The position numbers and the translations under genes are program-made. The notes below the pieces were generated by a model. It ran no database searches and was not told the DNA's origin. It worked only from the letters and a program-made list of their open reading frames with translations. Shown here piece by piece: positions 55,246-63,575 of a DNA stretch of 64,000 nt. Source of the DNA: an uncultured bacterium (GTDB lineage: Bacteria; Eisenbacteria; RBG-16-71-46); NCBI GenBank assembly GCA_964434945.1, contig CAYSWZ010000073.1:13938-77937 (forward strand). The letters are read 5' to 3'. Within the stretch, counting starts at the first letter, position 1; every line of letters begins with the position of its first letter.

Positions 55246-56832
55246 ATGTCGTCCGCGACCGCCGTGATGGATCCCGCCCGCGCGCTGGATCCCTCCTATC
55301 CGTTTCGCTGGATCATCGCCGTCACCGTCACGCTGGCGTCGATCCTCGAGATCCTCGACACCAGCATCGTGAACGTGGCCATCCCGCACATGATGGGATC
55401 GCTCGGCGCGACGCTCGACCAGATCACGTGGGTCTCCACGGGCTACATCGTCGCCAACGTCATCGTGCTGCCGGTCACGGGCTGGATGTCGGCCTATTTC
55501 GGACGGCGCCGGTATTTCGCCGGTTCGATCGCTCTGTTCACGATCTCCAGCATCCTGTGCGGCAACTCCCACACGCTGGTCGAGCTGGTGGTGTTCCGCA
55601 TCATCCAGGGCCTGGGCGGCGGCGCGCTGTTGTCGACCGCGCAGGCCACGCTGTACGAGGTGTTCCCGCCCGAGGAGTACGGCGGCGCCATGGCGATCTT
55701 CGGACTCGGCGTCATGGTCGGGCCCACGCTCGGGCCGACGCTCGGCGGCTGGATCACCGACACCTGGTCGTGGCCGTGGATCTTCTACATCAACGTGCCG
55801 TTTGGAGCGTTGGCGTTCGTGCTGTCGCTGGCGTACGTGCGCAATTCGCAGTTCGCGCGCCGTGTCGCGTCCGTGGACTGGACCGGGCTGGCGCTGCTCG
55901 CGATCGGCATCGGTTCCCTGCAGACGCTGCTCGAGCGCGGCGAGCGGCTGGACTGGTTCGGATCGGGCGAGATCGTCACCTATGCGGTGGTGAGCACGGT
56001 CTCGCTGGCGGCATTCGTATGGCACGAGCTGCGCACGGCGCACCCGGTCATCGACCTCCGCATCCTCACGAACCGGCAATTCGGCACCGGCTGCATCGTG
56101 GGCGGGATTCTCGGGCTGTGCCTGTACGCCACCGTGTTCGTGCTGCCGGTCTACCTGCAGCGCTCGCTCGGATTCACCGCGAATCAGACCGGCATGGTGA
56201 TCCTGCCCGGCGCGCTCGCCAGCGCGTTCACCATGGCGATCATGGCGCGCACGCTCGGCCGCGTGGACGGCCGGCGCATCGCGGCGGTCGGAGCGGTGAT
56301 GTTCTCGTTCGCGATGTGGCAGTGGTCGCAGTTCACGCTGCTGAGCGGCATCGGCGACTTCTTCTGGCCGCTCATCGTGCGGGGCGTGTCGCTGGGCCTG
56401 GTGTTCATCCCCCTCAACAATCTCGCGGTGTCCGAGCTGCCCATGACCCAGATCGGCGCGGCGACCGGGCTCTACAACCTGATGCGCCAGCTCGGGGGGA
56501 GCATCGGCATCGCGCTGTCCGCGAATGCCATCGCGCGCTTCACCGCCGAGAGCCGCGCGGCGCTGGCGGCGCACCTGTCCATGAACGACCCGAACGTCCA
56601 GATGCGGCTCGACGGCATCGCCCGCAGCCTCGTGGCCCGCGGCGCTCCCGCAGCGGTGGCGCGTACCGACGCGCTCGCCGCGCTGTCGGGCGAGGTCCTG
56701 CGCCAGGCGTCGATGCTGGCGTTCGAGAAGGTGTTCCTGCTGTTCGGACTGTCGTTCCTGCTCGCCGTCCCGCTCATCCTGTCGCTGCGCTGGCAGCGCG
56801 GCGGGCGCGGCGGCGCCGTGGAGGCGCATTGA
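55246..56832 (+). CDS. MFS transporter, DHA2 (EmrB/QacA) 14-TM drug-efflux family
   Basis: LEILDTSIVNVAIPHM, GWMSAYFGRRRYF and WPWIFYINVPFG are hallmark DHA2 motifs. 528 aa. Confidence 0.9.
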   Translation: MSSATAVMDPARALDPSYPFRWIIAVTVTLASILEILDTSIVNVAIPHMMGSLGATLDQITWVSTGYIVANVIVLPVTGWMSAYFGRRRYFAGSIALFTISSILCGNSHTLVELVVFRIIQGLGGGALLSTAQATLYEVFPPEEYGGAMAIFGLGVMVGPTLGPTLGGWITDTWSWPWIFYINVPFGALAFVLSLAYVRNSQFARRVASVDWTGLALLAIGIGSLQTLLERGERLDWFGSGEIVTYAVVSTVSLAAFVWHELRTAHPVIDLRILTNRQFGTGCIVGGILGLCLYATVFVLPVYLQRSLGFTANQTGMVILPGALASAFTMAIMARTLGRVDGRRIAAVGAVMFSFAMWQWSQFTLLSGIGDFFWPLIVRGVSLGLVFIPLNNLAVSELPMTQIGAATGLYNLMRQLGGSIGIALSANAIARFTAESRAALAAHLSMNDPNVQMRLDGIARSLVARGAPAAVARTDALAALSGEVLRQASMLAFEKVFLLFGLSFLLAVPLILSLRWQRGGRGGAVEAH

Positions 56833-56917
56833 TCCTGCGCCCGGCACCCGGGCGTCACGGGCGCGGTCGTCCGCCGCGCGCGGGCATCGGCATCGCGTCC
56901 GGCGCTCCGAGACGCGC

Positions 56918-57280
56918 GTGAGCCGCGATGCCACGAACATCGCGCTCGCGGTCCTCACCGTGCTGCTGCTCGCGGTCGGCGGCCCCTATCTCGCGGACCA
57001 CCTGCGCCGGCCCGCCGGGTTGCCGGTGACCCGCGCCCTGCCCGCGGTCCAGGCAGGGCAGAGGCGGGTCACGCTCGACGTGTCGGGGATGTATTGTGCG
57101 AATTGCGCCTCGCGTGTCACCCGAGAACTCGAGTCGATCCCGGGGGTCGTGGCGTGTGACGTGGACGTGCGTGCCCACCGGGCCACGGTCGTGTGCGAGC
57201 ACCAGTTGGCCGATACCGCACTGGTGGCGGCGGTGGCCCGTGCCGGCAGCGTGTACCGGGCGCAGGTGTCGGGTCACTAG
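56918..57280 (+). CDS. membrane-anchored heavy-metal-associated (HMA) domain protein
   Basis: GTG start. One TM helix (IALAVLTVLLLAVGGPYL), then HMA fold with VTLDVSGMYCANCASRVTRELESIPGVVACDVD (CxxC metal site). Confidence 0.75.
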   Translation: MSRDATNIALAVLTVLLLAVGGPYLADHLRRPAGLPVTRALPAVQAGQRRVTLDVSGMYCANCASRVTRELESIPGVVACDVDVRAHRATVVCEHQLADTALVAAVARAGSVYRAQVSGH

Positions 57281-57384
57281 ACGTCACCGATCGGGCCGAC
57301 TCACGTTCGCCGCCTGCCCGGAGCTCCGGCCCGGAATCAGCCGGGACTGCGGTCCGCCCGCGTCCGCGTAGTATCCTGTGCAGG

Positions 57385-59769
57385 ATGACCATGACGCGTG
57401 CGTTCCATCATCACGGCTCGGGCGGCGGCGCTCCCATGCGCGCCGAGCCCGCGGGCCCCGATCACCTGCCGGTGGTCGGGGATGATCCCGGTTGCCTCGA
57501 AATCCTCGCCGACCGGCTGCGCGAGCGCCCGGGCATCGTCGCAATCGAGGCGGACTTCAAGGACAACACGCTCACGGTCCGCTACCTGCCGGCGCTCGTC
57601 ACACCCGACGAGCTGAATGCGCTCGCGGACGACGTGGGCGCGATGTTCTCGCAGCGGGTGACCGCGTGCGAGCGTCGCGAGACGCTCGACGCGTGCGAAG
57701 CCTGCGCGCTGCGGCTCGGACACCTGGATTCGGGGGCCGCCGCCGAGTTCCATGCCGCCGCGACGCGCGGTCGCGTCTCGTTCTCGCGCCTGCTGCAGCC
57801 GGATGAGAGCGTCGAGGTGGTGCGCCCGCTCACGAACAAGCCGTGGGGCGCGCGCCTCACGCACAGCGAGCAGGAGGAGCGCTCCGAGGGTCGCGCCATG
57901 GCCGTGCTCACCGGCATGTGCCTCGTGCTGCTCGTGGCCGGCAGCATCTGCGATCGGCTGCACACCCCCCCGCCGCTCGCGACCGGGCTGCTGCTGGCGT
58001 CCGCGCTCACGGGGGGCTGGTTCACCGCGCGCAGCACGTTCGCCGCGCTCCGGAGGTTCGAGTTCGACGTCAACCTGCTCATGCTGCTCGCCGCAGCGGG
58101 CGCCGCTTCGATCGGCTACGTGGCCGAGGCCGCGGTGCTGATGTTCCTGTTCTCGCTCAGCAACACGCTCGAGGTGTACACCATGGGCCGCACCCGGCAC
58201 GCGCTGCGCGCGCTGCTCGAGTTGCGGCCGGCGCGCGCGCTGGTGCGGCGCGACGGGCGCGAGATCGAGGTCGAGGCCGACGCGGTGCGGGTGGGGGAGA
58301 CGGTCATCGTCAAGCCGGGCGAGGCGATCGCCGTGGATGGAACGGTCACGTCCGGGGAGTCGCTCGTGGATCAGTCGAGCCTCACCGGGGAGTCGGTTCC
58401 GGTCACGAAGCAGGCGGGTGACAAGCTGTTCGCGGGCACGCTGAACCAGCAGGGCGCGCTCGAACTCATCGCGACGCGGGTCGCCGCGAACAGCGCACTC
58501 GCGCGCATCGTCGCGCTGGTGCAGGAGGCACAGGAGAAGAAGTCGCGCGCCGAGGAGCTGGCCGAGGTGGCCGGCCGCAGCTACACGGTCGTGGTCATGG
58601 TCGCGGCCGGCCTCATGCTCGTGCTGCCGCCGCTCGTGTTCGGGCACGACTGGAAGACGTCGCTGTACCGCGCCATGACGCTGCTCGTGGTCGCCTCGCC
58701 GTGCGCGCTGGTGATCGCCACCCCCGCCACGGTGCTGTCGGCGATCGCGAACGCCGCGCGCAACGGCATCCTGTTCAAGGGCGGCGCGTTCATCGAGGCG
58801 CTCGGCCGCGTGCGCATCGTGGCGTTCGACAAGACCGGGACGCTCACGCACGGCCGCTTCGAGGTGACCAACGTGATCGCCGTGACCGGCGCCGGATCGG
58901 ACGACCTGCTGGGCTGGGCCGCGACCGCGGAGAAGCGCTCGCCGCATCCGCTGGCGCAGGCCGTGGTGCGGGCGGCCGAGGGGCGCGGCCTCACGGTGAA
59001 CGCCGCGGAGTCGCTCACCAATCACCTCGGCAAGGGCCTGGTCGCGATGTCCTGCGGCACGAGCATCGAGGTGGGCACGCCGGGCTTGTTCGCGGCGCTG
59101 GGCGTGCGGCCGCCGGAGGCCGTTCAGGAGCGGGTGCGGCAGCTCGCCGGCGAGGGCAAGACCGCCATGATCGTGCACCGCGGCGCCGCGTGGGGAGTCA
59201 TCGCCGCGGCCGACCGCGTACGGCCCGCCGCGGCCGCCACGGTGCGCGCGCTGCGAGCCGCCGGCATCCAGCGGATGGCGCTGCTGTCCGGCGACAGCGA
59301 GGCGACGGTGCGCGCGATCGGCGGACAGACCGGGGTCGAGGAACTGCACGGCAAGCTGCTGCCCGAGGACAAGGTGCGGGTCATCGGCGAACTCGAGCAG
59401 CGGTTCGGGCCGTCCGCGATGATCGGCGATGGCGTCAACGATGCGCCGGCCCTGGCGCGCGCGTCGGTCGGGATCGCGATGGGCGGCATCGGCAGCGACG
59501 CGGCCATGGAGAGCGCCGACGTCGTGCTCATGGGCGACGACCTCGCGGCGCTGCCGTACGCCATCGATCTCGCCCAGCGCGCGCGCCGCGTGGTGGTGCA
59601 GAACCTGTTGATCGCCACCGGGGTGATGGCGGTGCTGGTGAGCTGGGTGTTCGCGGGCCAGTTCACGCCGCTCGGGGCGCTGAAGCTTCCGGTGGCGGTG
59701 TCCGGACACGAAGGCAGCACCGTCGTGGTCATCCTGAACGGCCTGCGCCTGCTGCGTGGCCGGCGCTGA
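57385..59769 (+). CDS. heavy-metal P1B-type ATPase with SPC membrane motif (P1B-4-like)
   Basis: TGES (SLTGESVPV), VVASPCALVIATP (SPC rather than CPC), DKTGTLT, MIGDGVNDAPAL. The N-terminal ~150 aa has a ferredoxin-like region without CxxC (IVAIEADFKDNTLTVRYLP) and a CExxxxxxCExC stretch. Confidence 0.9.
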   Translation: MTMTRAFHHHGSGGGAPMRAEPAGPDHLPVVGDDPGCLEILADRLRERPGIVAIEADFKDNTLTVRYLPALVTPDELNALADDVGAMFSQRVTACERRETLDACEACALRLGHLDSGAAAEFHAAATRGRVSFSRLLQPDESVEVVRPLTNKPWGARLTHSEQEERSEGRAMAVLTGMCLVLLVAGSICDRLHTPPPLATGLLLASALTGGWFTARSTFAALRRFEFDVNLLMLLAAAGAASIGYVAEAAVLMFLFSLSNTLEVYTMGRTRHALRALLELRPARALVRRDGREIEVEADAVRVGETVIVKPGEAIAVDGTVTSGESLVDQSSLTGESVPVTKQAGDKLFAGTLNQQGALELIATRVAANSALARIVALVQEAQEKKSRAEELAEVAGRSYTVVVMVAAGLMLVLPPLVFGHDWKTSLYRAMTLLVVASPCALVIATPATVLSAIANAARNGILFKGGAFIEALGRVRIVAFDKTGTLTHGRFEVTNVIAVTGAGSDDLLGWAATAEKRSPHPLAQAVVRAAEGRGLTVNAAESLTNHLGKGLVAMSCGTSIEVGTPGLFAALGVRPPEAVQERVRQLAGEGKTAMIVHRGAAWGVIAAADRVRPAAAATVRALRAAGIQRMALLSGDSEATVRAIGGQTGVEELHGKLLPEDKVRVIGELEQRFGPSAMIGDGVNDAPALARASVGIAMGGIGSDAAMESADVVLMGDDLAALPYAIDLAQRARRVVVQNLLIATGVMAVLVSWVFAGQFTPLGALKLPVAVSGHEGSTVVVILNGLRLLRGRR

Positions 59770-59788
59770 CGCGCGCGCCGGCAACCGC

Positions 59789-60457
59789 TCAGTCGAGCTT
59801 CGTCACCACGACGTTGTCGTAGTACACGGTGCACTGCCCGACGCCACCGGTGTACGCGGGCAGCGCGATGCGCCCCGACCGCCGCGCGTTGCGCGCGTCC
59901 GGCCGGTCGAGCTTGAGCTCGCCGTTCACGAACACGCGGAAGCGGTTCCCGCTCGCGACGACGCGCAGGTGGTTCCACGCCCCGTTCGCGTTCGTCGCGC
60001 TCGCCCGTCCCATCGGCCAGTCGCGAAGGTACATGAGCACGTCCTGGTAGCTGCCGCCGCGCAGGTCCACGCCGATGCCCGATGCGCCCGCCACGCGCAC
60101 GATCACGCCCTTGTCCACGCCGCGCATCATGCACATGTCGAGATCCACGGCGATGTTGGTCCACGACGTGTCGCCGGCATAGAGCAGCGAGCGCAACTGC
60201 TTCTGGTCGGGCAGGTCGGCGCGCAGCATGCCGTGCGACACCGACCACACGTCGAGCCGGTCCGGTGTCCAGCCCTTGAGCGTGCCGGAGGAGAAATCAT
60301 CGGCGAACAGCACCCCGTGCCCCGGCGTCTTCAAGGGTGGGGCGGGAGACGGCCTCGCGAAACGCGTCCCGTCGGTCGCGGTGCCCACGACCAGCAGCGT
60401 CGCGCCGGTGAGCAACGTAGAGCGAAACAGGTTCGCAATCATTCCGACCGAAAACAT
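59789..60457 (-). CDS. DUF1080 / 3-keto-disaccharide hydrolase-like (concanavalin-type) domain protein
   Basis: N-terminal hydrophobic anchor MFSVGMIANLFRSTLLTGATLLVVG. LFADDFSSGTLKGWTP...WSVSHGMLRAD...WNHLRVVASGNRFRVFVNGELK...GRIALPAYTGGVGQCTVYYDNVVV fits the DUF1080 pattern. Confidence 0.7.
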   Translation of the reverse strand: MFSVGMIANLFRSTLLTGATLLVVGTATDGTRFARPSPAPPLKTPGHGVLFADDFSSGTLKGWTPDRLDVWSVSHGMLRADLPDQKQLRSLLYAGDTSWTNIAVDLDMCMMRGVDKGVIVRVAGASGIGVDLRGGSYQDVLMYLRDWPMGRASATNANGAWNHLRVVASGNRFRVFVNGELKLDRPDARNARRSGRIALPAYTGGVGQCTVYYDNVVVTKLD

Positions 60458-60623
60458 GGCACTCCGCGGTTCCGGCGTCCAACCCGGCGCCGGTCCCCCG
60501 CGGTATCGGCGGCCGTCCGGGGGAGCCTGAGGTCGTGCCCCCGGCGGGCCGGGCTTGCGGGGCCGCAAGTGCGGCCGTGACTTGCCGGGCTCGCGCGGCG
60601 GGTGGATCGCCGGCCAGGCCCCG

Positions 60624-62288
60624 CTACAGTCGGACGCTGATGCCGGCCTGCACCTGCCGGGTGGTCGCGGCGAGGCCGCGATCGAGCTCGTAGCCGCCGT
60701 TCACGTACCAGCGACCGCCGAGCGACAGGTCCAGGTCCACTTCCTGCCAGCGTTCGCTGTCGTCGATGCCGGACAGCACATCGCGGGTGCCTCGCGTACC
60801 GAAGTTGAACTCGAAGTGTGACAGGGGCCATGGATCGAATCCCGCCCCCAGCGACAGCAGGTGGCTGTCCACGCCGGGGCTCGTGAATGCCGAATACCGC
60901 GCGTGGGTCGAGGTCTGCCAGCGCGTGATCCGGTAGAACTCGCCACTCACGGTCCACGTGTCGGAGAGATCGCCGCCGGAGCCGCTGCGATATTCACCGC
61001 TGCCGCGGACGTGCTGCGCCAGCTCGAGCACGCCGCCAAGCCACGCGCCCTGGCGGTAGCGGTCGTCGAACTGCGTCTCCGGCGTCTCGCGATCGAGCCA
61101 CAGGCGCACGTTTCGCCGATTGTCGTAGCCGGACTGGAGCGCGAACTGCTGCGTGACCGGCACGCGCACGGTGGCGAACGTGCTGGTCCACGATAGCGGG
61201 GGCTCGCCCATGGCGCGCTTCCACCCGCTGTTCACGTCCACTTCCTGCGCGAGCGAGGCGCTGCCGCCCCGCGAGAACCACCAGCCCTGCGCGAACAGGA
61301 AGTCCCGATTCAGCTCGTGGCCGGCCCGCGAGGTGACGCCGCCGGTGGACAGCGACCAGCGCCGCGCCGAGAGCGGCGCCTGGTGCCATTCCGCGAACAC
61401 GCCGCCCTCGACCAGGTCCCCCGACAGGCGCATCCGCACCGGATCCGGCTGGGTGCCGGTGAACGCGCCGAGCGTGCGATGATCGTTCCCCCATTCGAGC
61501 AGCGCGCCGTCGAACAGGCTGATCGAGGCGAGCGTCGGCGAAGTCTGGCGCCCGAGCGTGAGGCGGCGATGGTCGTCGCGGTCGCGGAACGTGGTCGTTG
61601 CCCGGTAGACGCGGGAGAACTGGTCCGTCTCCGTGCCGCTCGAGCTGGTGCTGACCGTGCGCCGGCCGCGGATGTCGAGCGCCACGTCGGCGTGGCCGTC
61701 CAGCGCGTCCCGGCCATCCATCCGCAGCTCGAGCCCGGGCTGCTGGTACGCGTTGCTGCCCTCGGTCCGGACGCCGAGCCAGCTGCCTCCGACGCGGCCG
61801 CGCCAGCGGGGGCTCCGGATCGCGGCCCGGGACCGCGGCGGGGGCAGCACGGCCGACGTGCGGATGGAGTCACCGTTCACGGTCGCGGCTCGCAGGCTGT
61901 CCTGCGCGGCGGCTCCTCGTGCGGGATTGCTGCGAAACGACACGGGATCGCCGAGCGCGAGCGGCTGGCGGGTCCACAGCGTGTCGCACGAGGCGCGGCG
62001 CGAGGACACGAACGTGACGCGCAGCCGCGCGATGGTGGCGTCGCCACGGGTCACGTCCAGGCTGTCGCCCACGCCGAGCCCGTCGGCCTGCCCCGCATCC
62101 ACGTAGACGCTCCCGCCCGCCAGGTAGCTGATGCGGGTGCTGTGGAGGGCCCCCGCGGGCGCCGGGGCGTCGGCGGGGACGAGCCGTGCGGGCGCGTTCG
62201 TCGACGCGCCGGCCGGACCCGCGCCGGCGGCCACCACGAACGCGATCAATGCGAATCGAGCGGCGAGCGTGCGCAGGTCGGGCCTCAT
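60624..62288 (-). CDS. putative large outer-membrane beta-barrel protein coupled to multiheme cytochromes
   Basis: ATG at 62288 overlaps the cytochrome stop (ATGA). Signal MRPDLRTLAARFALIAFVVAAGAGPAGA. 554 aa with a long run of alternating-polarity strands rich in G/S/T/R/W/Y and no Cys-rich or enzymatic motif. The track fuses it to an out-of-frame shadow (60624..63431). Confidence 0.65.
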   Translation of the reverse strand: MRPDLRTLAARFALIAFVVAAGAGPAGASTNAPARLVPADAPAPAGALHSTRISYLAGGSVYVDAGQADGLGVGDSLDVTRGDATIARLRVTFVSSRRASCDTLWTRQPLALGDPVSFRSNPARGAAAQDSLRAATVNGDSIRTSAVLPPPRSRAAIRSPRWRGRVGGSWLGVRTEGSNAYQQPGLELRMDGRDALDGHADVALDIRGRRTVSTSSSGTETDQFSRVYRATTTFRDRDDHRRLTLGRQTSPTLASISLFDGALLEWGNDHRTLGAFTGTQPDPVRMRLSGDLVEGGVFAEWHQAPLSARRWSLSTGGVTSRAGHELNRDFLFAQGWWFSRGGSASLAQEVDVNSGWKRAMGEPPLSWTSTFATVRVPVTQQFALQSGYDNRRNVRLWLDRETPETQFDDRYRQGAWLGGVLELAQHVRGSGEYRSGSGGDLSDTWTVSGEFYRITRWQTSTHARYSAFTSPGVDSHLLSLGAGFDPWPLSHFEFNFGTRGTRDVLSGIDDSERWQEVDLDLSLGGRWYVNGGYELDRGLAATTRQVQAGISVRL

Positions 62289-63571
62289 CGCGTGTGGCAC
62301 GAGTAGCAGGCGGCGCTGTCGTACCGGTAGCCACTCCTGCCGGAGTGTTCCGAGTCTGTGGAAGCCTGGTTGTCGTGAGGGTGGCAGCCGAGGCAGTTGA
62401 ACGCCGCGAAGTTCGTGGGCGAGTTGTGACAATCGCTGCACGCGTTCCAGCGCCCGGCATGACCCCCCGAGTAGATGCGGAAGTACTGCTGGTCGTGATT
62501 GAACGTGGCGCCGGTCCATGCGGTCGTGGTGTGGCAGCTGGCGCACGCCGACGCGGCAAACCCGGCGGCGGGGTGATTCGGGACCGCCGCGTTGTAGTCG
62601 GCGATGTGGCACGACTGGCACGCGGTGGGCTTCCCCTGGTAGACGCCGTCCGAGTGACAGCTCTGGCAGGTGGCGGTGACGTGCGCGCCGGTGAGCGGGA
62701 ACGCCGTCGCGTTGTGGTCGAAAGCCGCGCCGGTCCACGCGGTGGTGTTGTGGCAGCTGGCGCAGGCACTCGCGGCGAACCCGGACGAGGCGTGCGGCGG
62801 CTGGGCGGAGTTGTATTCGTTCATGTGGCACGACGCGCAGTCCGAGGGCGTGCCCTGGAAGCGACCACCCGGGTGGCAGCTCTCGCAGGTCGCCGTGCGG
62901 TGCGCGCCGGTCAGCGGGAACCCGGTCCGGGAGTGGTCGAAGCGGGCGGAGTTCCACGTGTTGGGGTTGTGGCAGGACTGGCACTCGGTGGGGAACCCGC
63001 CCGCGAGGTGGTCGGGCGCCTTCGCCGAGCGGTAGGCGTCCATGTGGCACGCGCTGCATTCCGCCTGCGTGCTCACGAACTGCAACTGGCCCTGCGCCGC
63101 GGGCGGGTGACAGCTCTCGCAGTCGAGCGCCGCGTGGCCCCCGGTGAGTGGGAACCGGGTGAGCTGGTGGGCGCGGAACATGGGCCCGCGGTCGACGAAG
63201 CTGCGCGCGGAGTGACAGCGTGAGCAGTCCGTTCCCATCTCGCCGCGGTGCGGATCCTGGTGGCACGATGCGCACAGCGTCTGCGATGCGGAGAAGTCGA
63301 GCGACTGGTGACAGCCGAGGCACGCCGCCGCGGCGTGCGCGCCGTCGAGCTTGAAGCCGTACTTCGCGTGATCGAACTTTCGGCTCACCTGGGCGGGCTT
63401 CCAGCCGGCCGCCCCGTGGCACAGGCTGCATTCCTCATGGAACCGGCCGTGCGGGTTCTCCACGCGCGGACGCGTCGCGGCCCGGGCGGCCCCGAGCACC
63501 AGCAGCGGCAGCACCACCAGCGCCGCGACGACGAGCCGCCGAAATCGATGGAGAGGGGTCGCGTGGGTCAC
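62285..63571 (-). CDS. multiheme c-type cytochrome (16 CXXCH motifs)
   Basis: 16 CXXCH sites counted (CSLCH, CLGCH, CASCH, CSRCH, CESCH, CSACH, CQSCH, CESCH, CASCH, CASCH, CQSCH, CQSCH, CASCH, CSDCH, CLGCH, CYSCH). Repeated ~73-aa three-heme modules (FDHxxTxFPLTGAHxTATCxSCH). Signal LVVAALVVLPLLVLGAARA. GTG 63571 is preceded by GAGGTGA; alternative ATG at 63613. Confidence 0.85.
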   Translation of the reverse strand: MTHATPLHRFRRLVVAALVVLPLLVLGAARAATRPRVENPHGRFHEECSLCHGAAGWKPAQVSRKFDHAKYGFKLDGAHAAAACLGCHQSLDFSASQTLCASCHQDPHRGEMGTDCSRCHSARSFVDRGPMFRAHQLTRFPLTGGHAALDCESCHPPAAQGQLQFVSTQAECSACHMDAYRSAKAPDHLAGGFPTECQSCHNPNTWNSARFDHSRTGFPLTGAHRTATCESCHPGGRFQGTPSDCASCHMNEYNSAQPPHASSGFAASACASCHNTTAWTGAAFDHNATAFPLTGAHVTATCQSCHSDGVYQGKPTACQSCHIADYNAAVPNHPAAGFAASACASCHTTTAWTGATFNHDQQYFRIYSGGHAGRWNACSDCHNSPTNFAAFNCLGCHPHDNQASTDSEHSGRSGYRYDSAACYSCHTR

Positions 63572-63575
63572 GGGA

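Noticed and set aside
57281-57384. Possible metal (NiCo/czcD-type) riboswitch in the leader of the P1B ATPase.
   Set aside because: I see only generic GC hairpins (CCGGAGCTCCGG; CCCGG-n6-CCGGG) and cannot match the conserved four-way-junction nucleotides from memory. This needs cmscan before any claim.
199-59784. Many very long ORFs in the six-frame track, for example 199..1185, 1531..3021, 2976..5348, 8429..11338, 13744..16203, 14354..16294, 17754..20201, 20210..22177, 33169..34788, 34900..36777, 54013..56958 and 57337..59784.
   Set aside because: Their translations are dominated by Arg, Ala, Gly and Pro with no motifs. Each lies antisense to, or out of frame with, a gene that has clear family signatures. 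Stop-poor shadow frames of this kind are typical of ~70% GC DNA.
60624-63431. Single 935-aa ORF spanning the barrel and cytochrome genes.
   Set aside because: The N-terminal 380 aa are an out-of-frame shadow of the 16-heme cytochrome gene. The barrel protein starts at Met 62288 with its own signal peptide.
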